From: Octopus sinensis
Taxonomy: Eukaryota
Direction: 5' to 3'
Length of the DNA stretch: 64,000 bases
NCBI RefSeq assembly: GCF_006345805.1
Contig: NC_042998.1
Location: 135,594,001-135,658,000 of the forward strand
Shown: piece by piece, positions 61,321-64,000 of the stretch
How positions within the stretch are numbered: the first letter of the stretch is position 1
Layout of the letters: every line of letters begins with the position of its first letter
The notes under the pieces: model-generated
The model's input: the letters and a program-made list of their open reading frames with translations, nothing else
Databases searched by the model: none
What the model was told of the DNA's origin: nothing
Made by a program: the position numbers and the translations under genes

Positions 61321-63379
61321 AGAAGTAAATCTGAAAAAAAAAATACCTTCCGATATTTGTTCCGGTTTGAGTTACGAGTTCAAATTTCACTTTGTCACCA
61401 TTACCTTTCATCCTTTCCGGATCGATAAAGTAAAGTACCAGTCAAGTACTGGTCGGTAGCATCAATTAATACCTTCCTAAAAAGAAATAGAAATAAAAAG
61501 CTGCTGGCCTGGTACTAGATTAGAAACAAATTTTATTAAGACACCCTATTTCAAAGAACTGCAGAATCTTTTTCACTTGAATGTGTTTTTTTTTTCTTCT
61601 TCTTCCTGACTCAGAAATGACTTCACGCGCATGCACTCTCATGTACACACACTTCCACGCCCGAATTATTTAGTTATGTCATTGTGTAACGCTTCCGTTT
61701 TACATAACTAACTTGACCTCATTATCAGTAAACCAGGTTCAAAATATATAATGTTTGATACATGTCTCTTTAAAAAGGATAAAACAAACAATAATGTGTG
61801 TATATTTTAAATAGCCAATACGAGTCTATCATGAAGCTGTTTAGTTTCAGCACACAATCCTATTACATGAATACATGACATTGCATTCAAAAACTCTTTA
61901 TCTATCTTTAGTTAACAAACAATAACAGACAGTATTGAAAATCAGACAAGCTTCATTTTTGTAGCGGCTTCCAATGAATCTATTATTTTATATTAAAATA
62001 AATTTTTAAAATGTGTGATTGTCTCACCTGGTTACAAGAAAAAAAAATCCTAGTTTTTCCTGGTGGGAAATGTTTTAAGCAGTAAACGTTTTCGCTTTCC
62101 ATAATGAATGGAACAATAGCGATGAACAATGCCTCACACGCTAAAGCAATATAGTTCACATGACTCATCATTGATTTTTTTCTTTTAAAAAAAGACGAGG
62201 AAATAACTAATATATATGTCTGTTTAGAAATACAGGTAAACTGTCCATTATATTTATTTCGAAGCCACTAAGCCACAACCACTCCTATTTATCCTAACAT
62301 ACATACGTACGTATATATATATATATATATGTATGTATATATGCATGTGTGCATGCTTATTGTTTTAACTCTTCGCTGCAATCCATGCTTTGTATAACTG
62401 ATTCATCTATCTTTAAATGTGTTGTGAATCCTTGTAACAACGCATGACGTTAAAAAAAACTCTATTAAAAGCAGTTTCTGTCGTGGCTTCATCTTTTATC
62501 GCTTTGGCTCGTAAGACATAAAAACATTTCTGATCCGGCTTGTCCTATTTAAAAGTTTACTGACCTTTCATTTACAGTATTTGGACTCTGTTTGTTATGG
62601 CTTAAGGCCATGCTAGAGCACCGCCTTAATTTGGATGAACAAAGTAAAGCGTATCTAATACATGCAGTTGGAATTTATTCATTCATTTGGAGCTGATAAT
62701 TCATTGTTACTACTCTGAGTTTCTCGCATTACTCGAAACAGTTACAGTGAATCAACTAAGAACGAATGTGTTATACATTTCATGCTTAATTTTGATACTA
62801 TTTAGTTCTCCATGTGTCCGACAGTAATAAAGCGGTTTCCACTAATCCTTGCGTGGGTGATTGGTTAACTGACACAACTGCTAAAGAGAAGCAAATGATT
62901 GTGGAAGTTAGAGAAAATACTCCAGACGTATTAAAGCTATACATCTCTCCCTTCTCCCCCTCTTTCCTTCGCACCCCTTTTACCCGAAGATAAATTTTTG
63001 AGATATGTTAGTTACGTCAGAAGAATTTTAGGTATCCCACGCACGCTCGTACGCTAACGTTTCATCGTTTGTCTGGGTTTGTAATGTTGGTAGGAGATGC
63101 TCAGACTGCCAGTAAAGTCTGAATGTATTTTTAAAACTAGGTTTTACATCTTATTTTGTATTCAGTGGTCAAATTTTTTGCTCACACATAATCTCAATGA
63201 TGCACACATTTTAAATGCAAATAACTAGGGCTTCCACAAACACATTTATTATAGAACACCTCTGAATACATCGAACATACATATTTTGTCATGATGGAAA
63301 CTCAGATGAAACAAGTGTTCAACAAACTTGTTTCGTAAAGTGTATATTTTTACCTATTGTTTCATTCATTCTTGGAACT

Positions 63380-63660
63380 GCAGTCGTGCAGGAGACCTGC
63401 CTTAAATAGTTTAGTAGAACAAATGAACCCCAGTTCTGCTTTTTAAGTTTATTCTATCCGTTCGCTTTTACTGAATCGCTAAGTAATGGGACATACCAAC
63501 GGTGTTGGCGTACATACAATCATGACAGGCTATCATACAGTTTGTCTATCAAATCCGTTCACAAGGCATTAGTCGGTCTAATGCTATAATAGAGGACATT
63601 TACCCGAGGTGCTGCGCTGCATGACTGAACCCAAAACACGTGCAGTTTCTTAACCATCAA
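63380..63660 (-). mobile_element. Family-2 SINE (degenerate)
   Basis: TACTGAATCGCTAAGTAATGGG..TAGTCGGTC..GACATTTACCCGAGGTGCTGCG. Confidence 0.6.
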
Positions 63661-64000
63661 GAAATTATGAAATAACGGGCTAACATTTTTTTTTTCATTC
63701 TTCCTTAATGTATAACATCCAGTTACTCTATTTGTAGCATGGAAGGTTATTAATCAATAAAGACCTCCTCTCTCTTTCTCTCATTGTTCCTTTTTTCTAT
63801 CTCCCTCGCTGACAGTTTTCTCCATTCATTTGTTGTTGTTCCCAACCCATCCTATATAATTAGTGATTGTCACGTAACGAAGTTACAATGACTAGACAAC
63901 TTCAAAGCTATAATTTATCCATGCTGGTCTGAACAAGCTTCTGTTTCTTTTTCTCTCGCTCCTCTTTATTCATTTTTCTTTTTCCTGGTCAATGTCAAGG

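Overview
This is AT-rich, repeat-dense animal genomic DNA. The tRNA-derived SINEs, non-autonomous Helitrons, RTE LINEs and long microsatellites look to me like an octopod cephalopod genome; that is inference from recalled repeat families, not a search. Only one host protein-coding ORF is convincing: 609..1625 (-), a 338-aa single-exon CDS made of three tandem, diverged MLLE/PABC domains with no RRM or HECT domain. The largest mobile element is a full-length, young Ty3/Gypsy (Mag-like) LTR retrotransposon at 36000..40519 (-). It has 238-bp LTRs differing at 2 positions, a CTATC target-site duplication (TSD), a tRNA-Leu-type PBS, a PPT and an intact RT-RNaseH-integrase ORF, but frameshifts in gag/protease. 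The rest is dozens of SINE copies, several Helitron/Helentron-type elements, MITEs (mariner-, hAT-like and unclassified), decayed RTE fragments, Penelope-like tails and simple repeats. Other notable structures are a perfect 57-bp inverted templated insertion with a 12-bp duplication, two internally deleted RTE copies sharing a 5' head, a ~190-bp hairpin, a hammerhead-ribozyme core and a duplicated promoter-like module. I found no rRNA, genuine tRNA gene or CRISPR array. Most short ORFs in the track are spurious.
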